Source: Malacoraja senta (taxonomy: Eukaryota). From it: DNA of 64,000 nt. Position 1 is the first letter of the stretch. Each line of letters begins with the position of its first letter. The translations under genes and the position numbers were made by a program. Below are positions 11,126 to 23,040 of this stretch, piece by piece. The notes beneath the pieces are model-generated. The model had not been told where the DNA came from. It saw only the letters and a program-made list of their open reading frames with translations, and made no database searches. The stretch covers positions 1-64,000 of the forward strand of contig JAXLNO010000396.1 of the NCBI GenBank assembly GCA_038087875.1, given 5' to 3'.

Positions 11126-14100
11126 AAGATGGCGGCGAGACCGGTGTTTGCAGCGGCCTCTCTCAGTGGAAATTCAGTGTTTTCGCGTGTTAGTGGAGCG
11201 AGTGGTGTGACTGGAGTATGTGTGTTGAGAGAGTGTATGTATGTGTGGCAGTATGAGTTACAGTTTCTGTTGAACACCCACAACAAAGCTTCTTGTTGTA
11301 ACAAAGTCTGACGGAGTGTTCTGGGCGAGCTGGGACTTCTGCGCTGCGTAGGCCCACGGAAAGCCGCGGCTGCACATGGAACAACATTGGTGAGGATTCA
11401 CCGCAAGCGGTGTAGCAGGATGCGGAAATGGGGGAAGCGTGGAGTAGTCTACGCTAGGCTAGTCGCTAACCCACACAAACCAGCAGTGCCTACACTCATG
11501 TTGGCAAATGTCCGCTCCCTCGACAATAAGATGGACTACATCAGAGCGTGGAGGGCTACTCAACGTAGCGTGAAGAACTGCTGTGTCTACGTCCTTACGG
11601 AGACCTGGCTGAATCAGAACATCACGGACGCTGCGATCCAGCTGGAGGGGCTAATGCTACACAGAGCTGACAGAGTAGCTTCGCTAGCTGGTAAGTCAAG
11701 GGGAGGCGGCCTGGCTGTGTATGTTAATAGATCATGGTGTCGGGATGCCGTGGTAGTTTCCACTTACTGCTCACCCCACGTAGAGTTAATGACTGTGAAA
11801 TGCTGACCCTTCTACTTACCGAGGGAGCTAACGACAGTCTTCACAACGGCCGTTTATGTACCACCGAGCACGGACGTGAAGGACGCTATGACAGAACTCT
11901 ACAACAACATCAGTGAGCAGCAGAGGGAACATCCCCATGCTTTCTTCATAGCAGCTGGGGATTTTAACCAGGCAAGTCTTGCATCTGTTCTGCCTAAATT
12001 CTACCAGCATGTGAACATTGCAACCAGAGGAAAGAACAAACAAGACCTGGTGTACACAAACATTAAAGATTCATACAAAGCAGCCCCCCTCCCCCATATC
12101 GGCAATTCTGACCACTTGGCGGTTATGCTGACACCTGCATACAGACCCAGGGTGAAACAGGACAGGCCAATGGTCAAAGAAGTCAGAGTATGGCCACAGG
12201 GAGCTACCGCAGCACTGCAAGACTGTTTTGAAATCACACAGTGGGCCATTTTCAGAGAGGCAGCAACAGGTGACAGTGGCATTGACCTCCAAGAATACAC
12301 AGAATCCGTCATCGGATACATCAATAAATGCATTGATGATGTGACGGTGCTTAAAACCGTCAACAGGCGTGCCAATCAGAAACCTTGGCTAACTGGGGAG
12401 GTTTGTTCTCTACTGAGAGTCCTGAATGCTGCATTTAAATCTGGGGACAACGCAGCATACAAACTGGCACGGAGTAACCTATCCCGGGGGGTCAGGGAAG
12501 CGAAGAGGCGGTATGTACAAAAACGTAATAGCCACTTCACAAACGACAAAGACACACGTCGCTTGTGGCAGGGATTTCATACCATCACTGACTACAAGCC
12601 CCCGCCCCCCCGCTGCGGATATGCCAAAACGACCCCTCTCTACCAGATGAACTGAACGAGTTCTACGCACGGTTTGAGGTTAAAAACACCACCCAGATAC
12701 GAGCACTCCTGCCATCACCCAGCGACCAGTCACTCAGGCTGTCCACAGCCGGAGTTAAAAAGGCCTTTGCCAGCATCAACCCACGCAAAGCTACAGGGCC
12801 GGATAACGTCCCTGGATGCATTTTAAGGGACTGCGCTGATCAACTAAAAGATGTCTTTACAGATATCTTCAACATCTCACTCAGCCAGGCAGTAGTGCCC
12901 AACTGTCTAAAAAGTGCCACCATCGTTCCTGTCCCGAAGAAACCAAACCCAGCTTGTCACAATGACTTCCGCCCAGTGGCTCTTACGCCCATACTAATGA
13001 AGTGTTTCGAGCGGCTGGTTATGCAGCACATTAAAAATGGTCTCCCTGCCGACCTAGATCCACTGCAGTTCGCCTACAGAGCCAACCGGTCCACAGAGGA
13101 CGCAGTCTCCACTACACTGAACCTCGCACTGTCACACCTCGACCGGAGAAATACTTATGCCAGGATCCTCTTTTTAGGCTTCAGCTCTGCTTTTAATACA
13201 ATCATTCCACAGCAGCTGGTGGAGAAGCTGAGGCTGTTATGGGTGGCACTTGCAACTGGGTCCTGAATTTTTTATCACAACAGCAGCAGAAAGTCAGGGT
13301 GGGCAGTCGGAGATCAAAAACCATCGCCGTGAGCACTGGCTCACCCCAAGGCTGTGTCCTAAGCCCCCTGCTGTTTAGTCTGCTTACAAACGATTGTACT
13401 GCTAGACTCAATAACAACTATATCAACAAGTTCGCTGATGACACAACAGTGGTGGGTCTCATCGGCGACAATGATGAGTCGGCGTACAGGATGGAGGTGG
13501 AGCTGCTCACAGGATGGTGCAGATCCCACAACCTCACTCTTAATGTGGGAAAGACTAAGGAGATTGTGGTCGACTTCGGGAGGGCGGGAAAACAACACCA
13601 CACACCGCTGTATATTGATGGAACTGCTGTGGAGAGGGTCAGCAGTGTGAAGTTCCTTGGACTCCACCTGTCGGATGACCTGACCTCAATGACCAACACC
13701 ACAGCAGTGGTCAAAAGAGCCCAACAGCGACTCCACCCTCTCCGGAGACTACGGAAAGCAGGTCTCCCCACTGCCCACCTAAGAAGCTTCTATAGGGGCA
13801 CAATTGAGAGCATAATAACTTACGGCATCACTTCCTGGCTCGGGAGCTGCAAGGCTTACGAACAATACCAACTAAACAGGATAGTGAAGACCGCTAGCAG
13901 GATTATCGGTGCCCCACTCCCGTCGCTGCTGGAGATATACAAGAAGAGAAGCATCAGTAGAGCCACCTCCATCACCCAGGATCCCTACCACCCATCACAG
14001 CACATCTTTTCCATTCTGCCATCTGGGAAGAGGTACAGGAGCATCAGCTGCAAAACCAACAGGATGCTCCTCAGCTTCTTCGCACGGGCAATAAGACTGA

Positions 14101-14412
14101 TTAACGGACTTTGTCCCCTCCCAAAACATCTCTCATCCACACAACCAACCGCGCCCATACTTTGACAGTTAGGCACTTGTCAAAGTAAAGCCATTGTGAA
14201 GCCACTGTCGATTAGAATTACTGTTTTTTATTATATTGTCAATTTTTAGGCCTACTTTTTAAGAAGGGTAATTTTATTTTGTTTTTAAATTTCTATGTAT
14301 TATCCTTTTGTTTTTTACACTGAATGGAAACCGATTGAGCAACGTTTTATCGTTTCCTCTGTGTATGCGAGTACTCAGTGAAATGATATTAAAGAAATAC
14401 TGAATACTGAGT
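11126..14412 (+). mobile_element. Near full-length Rex1/Babar LINE; endonuclease plus RT broken by stops and frameshifts
   Basis: The 5' end is AAGATGGCGG. Endonuclease motifs: LANVRSLDNK, LTETWL, RGGGLAVY, AGDFN, SDH. RT motifs: [35 protein letters not shown]. The C-terminus reads LPSGKRYRS, followed by a stem-loop and short-repeat tail. Confidence 0.92.
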
Positions 14413-14419
14413 ACAACAG

Positions 14420-15605
14420 GATAGCAAGTTTAGCAATTCAATATTAATTTCTTAGTGTCAGTTAATGTCAATTAGTGTGTGCGTACATATGTGTATATTG
14501 GTCATTCACCGTCTCTCAGGTTATGGCATGCTGTTACGTATTGTGCACCCAGATGTGCCGTATTTCCTTCACCAATGATTTTTCTTAGTTTAGATGTATC
14601 ATCTAGTTCTTTAAAATCAGGGGTTGCCTGACTGAGTTTGTCAAAGTATGTTTTCCTTGTTTTGTCAATTTGTTTGCATATTAGGAGGAAGTGCACCTCT
14701 GTTTCAACCTCATCTGTCAAACAGTGGCCACATATTCTGTTTTCTCTTGGTTGCCAGAATCTCTTCTGTCTTCATTTTTCAACTACAAAATAGTGGTCAC
14801 TTAGCCTGTATTTGGTGAGGGTCTGTCTCTGCCTTATGTCTCTAACAGTTGAGAGATAGTCTGCCAATTTATAATCTCTTTTTAGGGCCCGGTAACATTC
14901 TAATCTGCTTTGGCTTTTGGTTTCTTTATCCCAATGTTCCAAATATGTTTCTTTACATTGTTTGATAATTTGGTTCACTCTAACTGGTGATTGGGGATCA
15001 GTATTGATCTGAGGCTGGTCACGATTTAACTGGATAGGGTTTGACTGAATGCGGGTAGTTAGTCTCAGTACCAACTGACACAGGGAACTATTTTCTGGGC
15101 TCCCCTCTTGTGTTTTAAGGGCTTTAAACTGGACGGTATCTGGTGGGCTAGATTTGTGATTCCAAAAATTTAGTGCTCTTTTCTGGATATTTATTATCAG
15201 TGGGTATCTGCGTAATTCCGCCCTACACGCGTTTGTTCGTGTTTTCCTTTGGATGCGGAGGATGTTCCGACATAATTCCGCATGCAGGGCCTCCGTTGTA
15301 TGTTTTTCCCATTTACTATAACTATGGTGACAGAGCGGACCCCATACTTCACTACCATAAAGCGCAATAGGCTGGATTACACTGTCAAATATTTTAAGCC
15401 AGATTTTAATTGAAATTTGGATGTTGTAGAATCTACTTTTTATTGCATACAGATCTCTTCGAGCTTTCTCTTTTAGTGCATTCACTGCCATATTGAAGCT
15501 CCCTGATGCTGCAGTTAGACGAAGGTAAGTATAGCTCATAGTGTGTTCGATAATAATACCATTGAGAGTAAATTTGTATTTATCTTCCTGACATCTGGGT
15601 CTTTT
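14420..15605 (-). mobile_element. 3' fragment of a non-LTR retrotransposon, probably RTEX-like
   Basis: ORFs 14772-15600 and 14502-14720 read IFDSVIQPIALYGSEVWG, ACRAEL.RYPL, KYRLSDH, and a C-terminal C..C...ETE.HFLL.C zinc-finger-like motif. The clade comes from recall only. Confidence 0.7.
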
Positions 15606-16395
15606 CTGAGTCTCTCTCTCTCTCAATCTCTCTGTCTCTATCTCTCTCTCCTCTCTCTCCCTCTCCCCCCTCTCTTTATCCACTCTGACTCTCCCCTCTC
15701 CCTCTCCCTCTCTCTTTCTCTCTCCCCATCTCTCTCCCCCTCTCCCCCCTCTCTCTGTCCCCTCTCTCTCACCCCCTCTCTTACCCCCTCTCTCTTTCCC
15801 TATCTCTCCCCCTCTCGCCTCTCTCAATCCCTCGCTATCTCTCTCGTTCCCTCTCTCTCCCGTCTCTTTCTCTCCCCCTCACTCTCTCTCCCCCTCTCTG
15901 TCTCTCCCGCCCATTTCTCACTCCACCTCTCCCCCCCTCACTCGATCCCCCTCTCTCTCTGTCCCCCCTTTCTCTCCCATCTCTCTCCTCCTCTCTCCCC
16001 TCTCTCCTCACCCCTCTCCTATCTCCCCCTCTCTCTCCCTCTCTCTCTACCCCGCTCTCACCTTTCTCTCCCCCTTTCTCTCTCCTCTCTCCCCTCTCTC
16101 TCCCTCCCCTCAGTCTCTCCCTCTATTCCGCCCTATTCTATCCACTCGCTCTCATCCTCTCTCTCCTCCTTTCTCTCTCTCTCTCTCTCTCTCCCCTCTC
16201 TCATTTCTCTCTCTCTCCTGTCTCCCTCTCTCTCACCTCTCTCTCTCCCCCTCTCTCTCCGTCTCTCTCGCCCCCTATCTCTCTCGCCCCCTATCTCTCC
16301 CCCTCTGTCAACCCCCTCTCTCAATCACCCTCTCTCCCCATCCCCTCTCCCCCTCTCTCACTCTCCGCTATCTCTCTCCCGCTCCATCTCCCTCT

Positions 16396-16469
<74 letters not shown>

Positions 16470-17900
16470 CTCTCTCTCCCTCCCCCTCTCTCTCTCTCCC
16501 TCTCTCTCCCCTTCTCTCATTCTATCTCTCTCTCTCTCTCTCTCCCTCTCCATCCTCTTTCTCCCCCTCTCTCTCCCCTCTCTCTCTCCCTATCTCTCCC
16601 CCTCACCATCTCCCCTTCTCTCTCACTCCCCTCTCCCTCTCTCACTCCTCGTCTCTCTCTCTTCTTTTTTCTCTCTCTCTGACTCTCTTTCTCTCCCCGT
16701 GTCTCTCCCTCTCTCTCTACCGTCTCTCTCCCTTATCTCTCCTACACTCTATCTCCCCCTCTCTCACCCCCTCTCTCTCCCCTTCTCTCTCCGCCGCCCT
16801 CCCCTCACTCTGTCACCCCCTCTCTCTCCCCCTCTCTCTCCCCCTCTCTTTCTCTCTCTCTCCTCTCTCTCTCCCCACTCTCTCGCCCTATCTCTCCCCC
16901 TCTCTCTTCCCCTCTCTCTCACCACTCTCTCTCTCCCCCTCACTCTCCCCTTCTCTCTCCCCCTCTCTCTCTCTTCACCTCCCTCTCTACCCTCTCTCCC
17001 ACACCCCTCTCTCTCCTCTCTCCAGCTTCTTTCACTCTTCCCCTAACTCTCTTCCCCCCTCTCTCTCAGTCCCCCTCTCTCTCCTTCACTCGACCCCCTC
17101 TCTCTCCCTCTACCCCTCTATCACCTCTCTCTCTCCCTGTCTCTTCCTCTCTCCCACCCTCTCTCCACCCCTCTCTCTCCCCTCGCACCCCTCTCTTTTC
17201 CCCCTCTCTCTCTCTCCCCATCTCTCTCCACCCACCCCGCCCCCCTCTCCCGCCTCTTTCTCTCTCCCTCTCTCTCCCCCTCTCTTTCCCACCCGCCCTT
17301 CTCTCACCCCTCTCTCTCTGTCCCCATTTCTCCCTCCCCCTCTCTCCCTCTTACTTCCCCCTCTCTCCGCCCCCTCGACCCCCTCTCTCCCCCTCTCTCT
17401 CTCACCCCACCCCTCTCAATCCCCCTCTCGATACCCCCTTCTCTCTCCCCTTCCCTGCCTCTCTCTCTCACCTTCTTTCTCCCACTCAACCCCCTCTCTC
17501 TCTCTCTCTGCTATGTCTCTCCCTCTTCCCTCTCTCTCCTCTCTCTCTCTCCCTCCCCCTCCCCCACCCCCACTCTGCCCCTCTCCTCCTCTGCCCTCTC
17601 TACCTCGCCCCCCTCCCACACCCCCTCTCCCCCCTCTCTCTCTCTCTCTCTCTCTCCCTCTGTCTGTCTCTCTCTCTCCCTCTCTACACCCTCTCTCTCC
17701 GCCCTCTCTCGTCCCCCCTCTTCCCCCTCTCCCCCCCACTCTCCTTCCCGCCCTTCACTCACCCTCTCTAAACCCACCACTCTCCCCTCTCCTCTCTCTC
17801 TTTCACCCTCTCACCCCCTCTCTCTCTCTTCCCCTATCTCTCCCCTCTCCCCCCTCTCCCTCCCCTCTTGCTCTCTCATTTCTCTCCTTTCTCTCTCTCC
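15606..17900. repeat. ~2.3-kb polypyrimidine (CT/CCCT) low-complexity tract
   Basis: Directly visible. The Leu/Ser/Pro and Gly/Glu/Arg ORFs are artefacts. Confidence 0.97.
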
Positions 17901-18494
17901 TGCGACCGACCCCGAGGCTACGGAGGCAGAGCCAGGATTTACCAACGGGAGGCTGGCCGTCTTCGACGCTGAGGCAGCGGTGGCCCGACCTGCTGGTGCG
18001 GCGTTCTGGCTTTCGGCGGCGGCCTGGAGCTGATGCAGCCGGGTCCGGAGCGGAGACTGCGGGACCCGGAGCTGGGGCAGCGGCCTGGACCGGAGACTTC
18101 GGGACCCGGAGCTGGGGCAGCGGCCTGGAGCGGACACTACGGGACCCGGAGCTGATGCTGTGGCGGGCCGTCTCGGAGTGGAGACGGCGTTCCGGCTTTC
18201 GGCGGCGGCGGCATCACCACGGAGGTCCGCTGGACTGAGGGCGGCATCTTCGGCCTGGATCGATCGCCTCAGCGCAGAGGGAGAACAAGGAGGGAAGAGA
18301 CGGAGACTAAGACTTTGCCTCGATCACAGTGAGGATGTGCTTGGTGAACTCACTGTGGTGGATGTTTAATTTGTGTTTATTGTATGTTTTGTTATTATTG
18401 GTTCTGTGTATGACCGCAGGCATCACAATTTCGTTCAGGCCGAAAGGGCTGAATGACAATAAAGGAAATCTAATCTAATCTAATCTAATCTAAT
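17901..18494 (+). mobile_element. GC-rich non-coding retroposon with an internal 40-bp tandem repeat, a Rex-type stem-loop and a (TCTAA)n tail
   Basis: 40-bp units at 18051-18090 and 18091-18130 plus a partial third. The stem-loop is at 18431-18456 and the tail at 18469-18494. Confidence 0.75.
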
Positions 18495-18589
18495 TTCCGC
18501 CCCTCTCTCTTCCCTCTCCCTCCCCCTCTCTCGCTCCCGCCTCTCTCTCTCTCCCCTCTCTCTTTCCCCATCTCTCTCTCTCCTCGTAC

Positions 18590-18880
18590 CTCATCTTTTC
18601 TCCCGTATTGTCTTTTTAGTTATCTTCTGTTGTTCTTTAAACATTACCCAATCCTTTTGCTTTCCGCTCATCTTTACTATGTTATACTGCTTCTCTTTAA
18701 TGTTTATACTGTCCCTGACTTCCCTTGTCAGTGACGGTCACCCCTTACTCCCCTTGGAATGTTTCTTCCCCTTTGGAATGAACTGATCCTGCACCGTCTG
18801 TATTATTCCCAGAAATACCTGCCATTGTTGTTCCACTCATCCCTGCTAGGGGATCTTTCCAGTCAACTTTGGCAAGCTCA
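18590..18880 (-). mobile_element. CR1 endonuclease/RT linker fragment
   Basis: The reverse complement resembles 38520-38800 (CAGTCAACTTTGGC versus GCCAAGATTGACTG). Confidence 0.7.
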
Positions 18881-19011
18881 ACTTCCGGTGGCGCCATGCA
18901 GCATCAGCTCCGCTCCCGGCAATGCGCTACAAGCGCTAAAAGCCTTTAAAAGAAGACGGATCGAGTTAAAAATATTCACCGCGGTTGCCTGACGTCGCGT
19001 AAGTGACGTCA
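18881..19011 (+). promoter_or_regulatory. Candidate L1 internal promoter
   Basis: ETS-like ACTTCCGG (18881), YY1-like GCGCCAT and a perfect CRE TGACGTCA (19004-19011) in CpG-rich sequence. Function is inferred. Confidence 0.45.
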
Positions 19012-19166
19012 TCAGAAATCGCCGCAAAATAACGGGGAAAACCGGCACTTTTAAATGAGAAAAATGAACTTACCTGAACGACTCAAGTCAAGTGAGTTTA
19101 TTGTCATGTGTCCCTGGTAGGACAATGAAATTCTTGCTTTGCTTGAGCACAACAGAACATAGTAGG

Positions 19167-19369
19167 TGTAAAGAGTGTATAACGAAGCATCGTTACTTTA
19201 CTATCTTTATTCATACTGGAGCATTACACATTGCACTAGCTGTACGTGGTCTGTCACAGGAACTAGAGAGCGATCTGTGGGTGGGAGGTTGTAGATATAC
19301 TTGTGATATGGGGAGTGGTTAGTAGGTATGAGGTCACTATGTTAAAGGCACATGCATATCTCATCTACA
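19167..19369 (-). repeat. Gypsy 3' LTR (203 bp)
   Basis: By eye it differs from the 5' LTR by one substitution and one 1-bp indel. Confidence 0.96.
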
Positions 19370-19439
19370 TCTTTCCTCTTCGAAACGACAGGGAAATACA
19401 ATGGTGACATGGCGACCACGGCTCATGCGCTAGGATAGT

Positions 19440-21454
19440 TAAACAAAATCGCCATAGCGGTCAGGCGTTTGACAAGACGTCCGCCCGGGTTCGCGTCTCG
19501 CCATCCACCCTTCCTGCAGGAGGAAGAGGCACCTGAAAGGGAGAAACGGGAGGAGACGGAGGAGACCGCGGCACGGAACCCGGAGGGGATGCGAGATCGG
19601 GACCGGGAAGAGCGCGGGCAGGCGAGCGAGGACTAGTCGGAGTGGGGTGCAACGGAAGGGGCTGAGGAGGAGCAGAACGTTGCATGTCAGGAAGGACGGG
19701 CAGAGCAACGCCCTGACGCGAAACAGGCAGTGGGGGAGCAAAGGGATCCGGCTCGTTGACGAGCCGAAGGTGCTGGCGGGACCGTCGGTAAATGGCCCCA
19801 GCGTGGTCGACGAGATAGGACCTGGGCGACCCCGCAGAGCCGACGACGGTAGCGAGCTTGGAGTGACCGGGAGCGGTCTGCATACGGACAACTTGACCGG
19901 GGAAGATGCGCGGCAGCGGGTGGCAGGACCTGTCATGGAACGCTGTTGGACGTCGTGCCTGAAGGCAATGCGTTTCTGAACCGCCGCAGGTGGGAGGATG
20001 GAGGGTAAGAGGGAGCGCTGGGCCACAGGGAGCGGGAGTCTGGTAGCGTGAGACATGAGCGCTGAGCAGGTGAACCCATGGCAGAGTCGCGGGAAATGTT
20101 CCGAAGGTTGAGGAGGGCCAGATCGAAGTCGGAGTTAATGCCACCTCACTGTTCTAACAGGTGCTTCGCGCTGCGGACTGCGCGCTCGGCCAAACCGTTG
20201 CTTTGCGGGTACTCCGGGCTGCTGGTGAAATGGCGAAGTTCCATCTGGAAGCGAATGCTTTAAACTCGGAGCTCGTGAACTGGCTGCCATTGTCCGATTG
20301 CAGGCTTGCCGGGGGGCCAAAAGTGCCAAAATGAGGGTACAACCTATCGATGACGGCCGAAGAGGTTATGGAATGCAGCCGGTCGACCACAAACCAGCTG
20401 GAGTAGGAGTCAACGAGAACCAGGAAATGTTTGCCCCGCACTCGAAAATGTCGGCGGCGAGCGCCATCCAGGGCAGTTCGGGCGCGGGCTGCTGCAGAAG
20501 CGGCTGACGCTGCTGGTGCGGGGCGAGGCTGTTGCAGGTGGAACACGAGGAGGCCCTCTCCCGGATGTATTTGGCCATATCCGGCCCAATAGAACTGGCT
20601 CCTGGCGAGAGACACGGTGGCTTCGGCCCCAGGATGACCGCGGTGAGCGACTTGAAAATAGTGGTCGTGCAGCGCCGCGGGCACGACCACCTTGTGACCC
20701 TTCACCACCACGCCGTCGTGCAGTACGAGCTCGTCCCGGACCAGGAAGTAGGGCACGGCACCAGCCGGCAGTGCCGAACGACGGTCAGGCCAGCCCTGCC
20801 GGATGACGGCAGACAGCTGTTGCAGGGCAGGGTCATTGGTAGTGTGTTCAACCAGGGACTTCATCTGCTGTGAGGGGACGATGTTCAATCGTAGCACCAA
20901 TAACTCAGACATTTCATATTGGTGGCGAGCGGTGGACGTCAGCGGGGCGCGAGACAACGTGTCGGCCACGAACATGTCCTTGCCCTTACGATAAACCACC
21001 GTGAACGTGAAGCGCTGGAGCTGCAGCATCATGCGCTGCAGGCGTGATGAGGCCACATGGATCGACTTGTTGAGGATGGTGACAAGTGGCTGATGGTCAG
21101 TTTCAACGGTGAAAGTGTTGCCCACGATGTAGTCCCGGAATTTGGAGCAGGCAAACACCACGGCCAGTAGCTCCTTCTCAATCTGCGCGTAGTGCTGTTC
21201 GGTGGCGGTCATGGTGCGGGACGCGAAGGAGACAGGCAGCTGCAGGCCGTCATGGACCTGGAGACAGGCGGCACCGAGTCCAAACTGAGAGGCGTCGCAG
21301 GTGAGGATAATGGGACGCTGCAGGTCAAAGAACTTGAGCGTGGGGGTGCTGATCAGCTTAGACTTAAGAATGTCGAATGCCTTCTGATGGTTGGGTAACC
21401 AAAGCCAGGACGTGTCCTTTTTGATCAGATCCCTCAGGGGAGCGCTGAGCTCGC
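19440..21454 (-). pseudogene. pol: Gypsy pol remnant: RT connection, RNase H and integrase with frameshifts
   Basis: LTCDASQFGLGA, YAQIEKELLAVVFA, TDHQPL, ADTLSR, HRGHPG..C..C, LVDSYS, SDNGSQF and SNGLAERAV are spread over several frames. Confidence 0.92.
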
Positions 21455-22293
21455 CGTCAGCTTGTAGAAGGTTGTTTAAATTTCCCCTTCAAGCAGCGAC
21501 AGGCTTCCCACGGGAACGACAAGCCGCAGCAAAATGGTTCAATTTTTTGCAGACATTACACGTTTTCCCCAAGGCAGGGCACACATTGAATTGATGAGTC
21601 GTGAAGTTGCAATTAGGGCACCTTTGCCGGTACCTCCCCCTGTAGCAGCACCGAACCCCGGGCGCGTCCCCCTCGAGCAGCGAGCGACCCCGGGGGTCGC
21701 GACTGGGGTGTGTTCATGAGATGACTGGGAGTGCTGGCAAAGTTGATCGCCTGCTCAGCCGGCGACGCCGCCGAGGAAACAGCTTCAGCTAAGCGAGTAG
21801 CGTGCATAGCATCGGTTAAAGTCAGATCCGGCTTGCGCAGAAGTTCGGCCCTGAGCTTCTCATCACGGAGACCGTAAACCAGAAGGTCCCTGAGAATCTC
21901 ATCGGGGTTCCACGCGTGGAGGCGGCAGCGCCTGCCGAGGTGCCGCAGCGCAATGACATAGTTCTCAGCAGATTCCCCGGGGAGCTGACGCCGCGCGAAC
22001 AGTTTAAAACGTTCTAAGATGCAATTTGTCGGAATGTCACAAATAGCGTCAAACTTAGCCAACAGACATACCGGGTCCCGAGCTGATTCTCCCGCAGCGT
22101 GGACGAAGAAGTCGGAGCGAGTCAGGGCCTCGGGACCAGCCAAGTTGAGAAGCAGAGAGGCTTTGAGAGCGGCGGTGGCGGCAGGATGAGCGATCGTGAA
22201 ATAGTGTTCAAAGTCACGTTGGAATACGTCCCATCGAAGGGCGATGTCTAAATCGAAAACGAGCACATCGGGCTTACGGGCAGAAGAGGCCAT
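21455..22293 (-). pseudogene. gag: Gypsy gag with zinc knuckle, frameshifted
   Basis: ORF from MASSARKP (ERFKLFARRQLPGE, LRDLLVYGL, LTLTDAM). A shifted frame gives CPALGKTCNVCKKLNHFAAAC. Confidence 0.9.
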
Positions 22294-22389
22294 GACAAAG
22301 AAATGGGAGGGCGGGGGAAACAAAAAACTGGGACAAAATTAAATGATAAACCGATAAACAGGAGGCGCAAGGTAAGTTATTTGACACCA

Positions 22390-22593
22390 TGTAAAGAGTG
22401 TATAACGAGGCATCGTTACTTTACTATCTTTATTCATACTGGAGCATTACACATTGCACTAGCTGTACGTGGTCTGTCACAGGAACTAGAGAGCGATCTG
22501 TGGGTGGGGAGGTTGTAGATATACTTGTGATATGGGGAGTGGTTAGTAGGTATGAGGTCACTATGTTAAAGGCACATGCATATCTCATCTACA
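22390..22593 (-). repeat. Gypsy 5' LTR (204 bp)
   Basis: Direct repeat of 19167-19369. It contains AATAAA on the minus strand. Confidence 0.96.
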
Positions 22594-23040
22594 GTAGGCA
22601 TTTACTACAAGGCATTCTATAAATATATACACAATGGTCAATTTACTGATAAAGTGCAAATAACAGTATTGGCTAGTAAAGTTCAGTGTTGTGTCCGAGC
22701 CAGGTTTAATAGCCTGATGGCTGTGGGGAAGTAGCTGTTCCTGAACTTGGTCGTTGCAGTCTTCAGGCTCCTGTACCTTCTACCTGAAGGTAGTAGGGAG
22801 ATGAGTGTGTGGCCAGGATGGTGTGGGTCCTTGATGATGCTGCCAGCCTTTTTGAAGCAGCGACTGTGGTAGATCCCCTCGATGGAAGGGAGGTCAGAGC
22901 CGATGATGGACTGGGCAGTGTTACTACTCACGTCAAGACCTCTGACTAGACTGGTTGTTAAAGAGTTGGGGAAAACACCTTAAACAACGCCAGAAGGGTC
23001 TGAAGAAGAAGAAACTGAAGGTCGAAGATTCATTGCTGAA

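Larger units (their letters stand above)
19167..22593 (-). mobile_element. Ty3/Gypsy LTR retrotransposon, internally deleted (protease and RT core missing)
   Basis: TG..CA LTRs at 19167-19369 and 22390-22593. 5-bp TSD GTAGG at 19162-19166 and 22594-22598. PBS-like TGGTGTCA adjoins the 5' LTR, and the PPT AAGAGGAAAGA is at 19370-19380. RNase H precedes integrase. Confidence 0.96.
19093..22925 (-). mobile_element. 5'-truncated Rex1/Babar LINE (~400 bp of its own sequence) split by the Gypsy element
   Basis: ORF 22683-22931 reads IIKDPHHPGH..LLPSGRRYRS..SYFPTAIRLLN. The 3' tail lies at 19093-19166. Flanking direct repeats are ACTCAAGTCAAG (19081-19092) and ACTCACGTCAAG (22926-22937). Confidence 0.88.

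Noticed and set aside
15543..18238. Leu/Ser/Pro-rich and Gly/Glu/Arg-rich ORFs
   Set aside because: Translations of the CT tract. The N-terminus of ORF 14772-15827 is likewise spurious.
19647..21719. Plus-strand ORFs over the Gypsy interior
   Set aside because: Antisense shadows of GC-rich pol/gag sequence.
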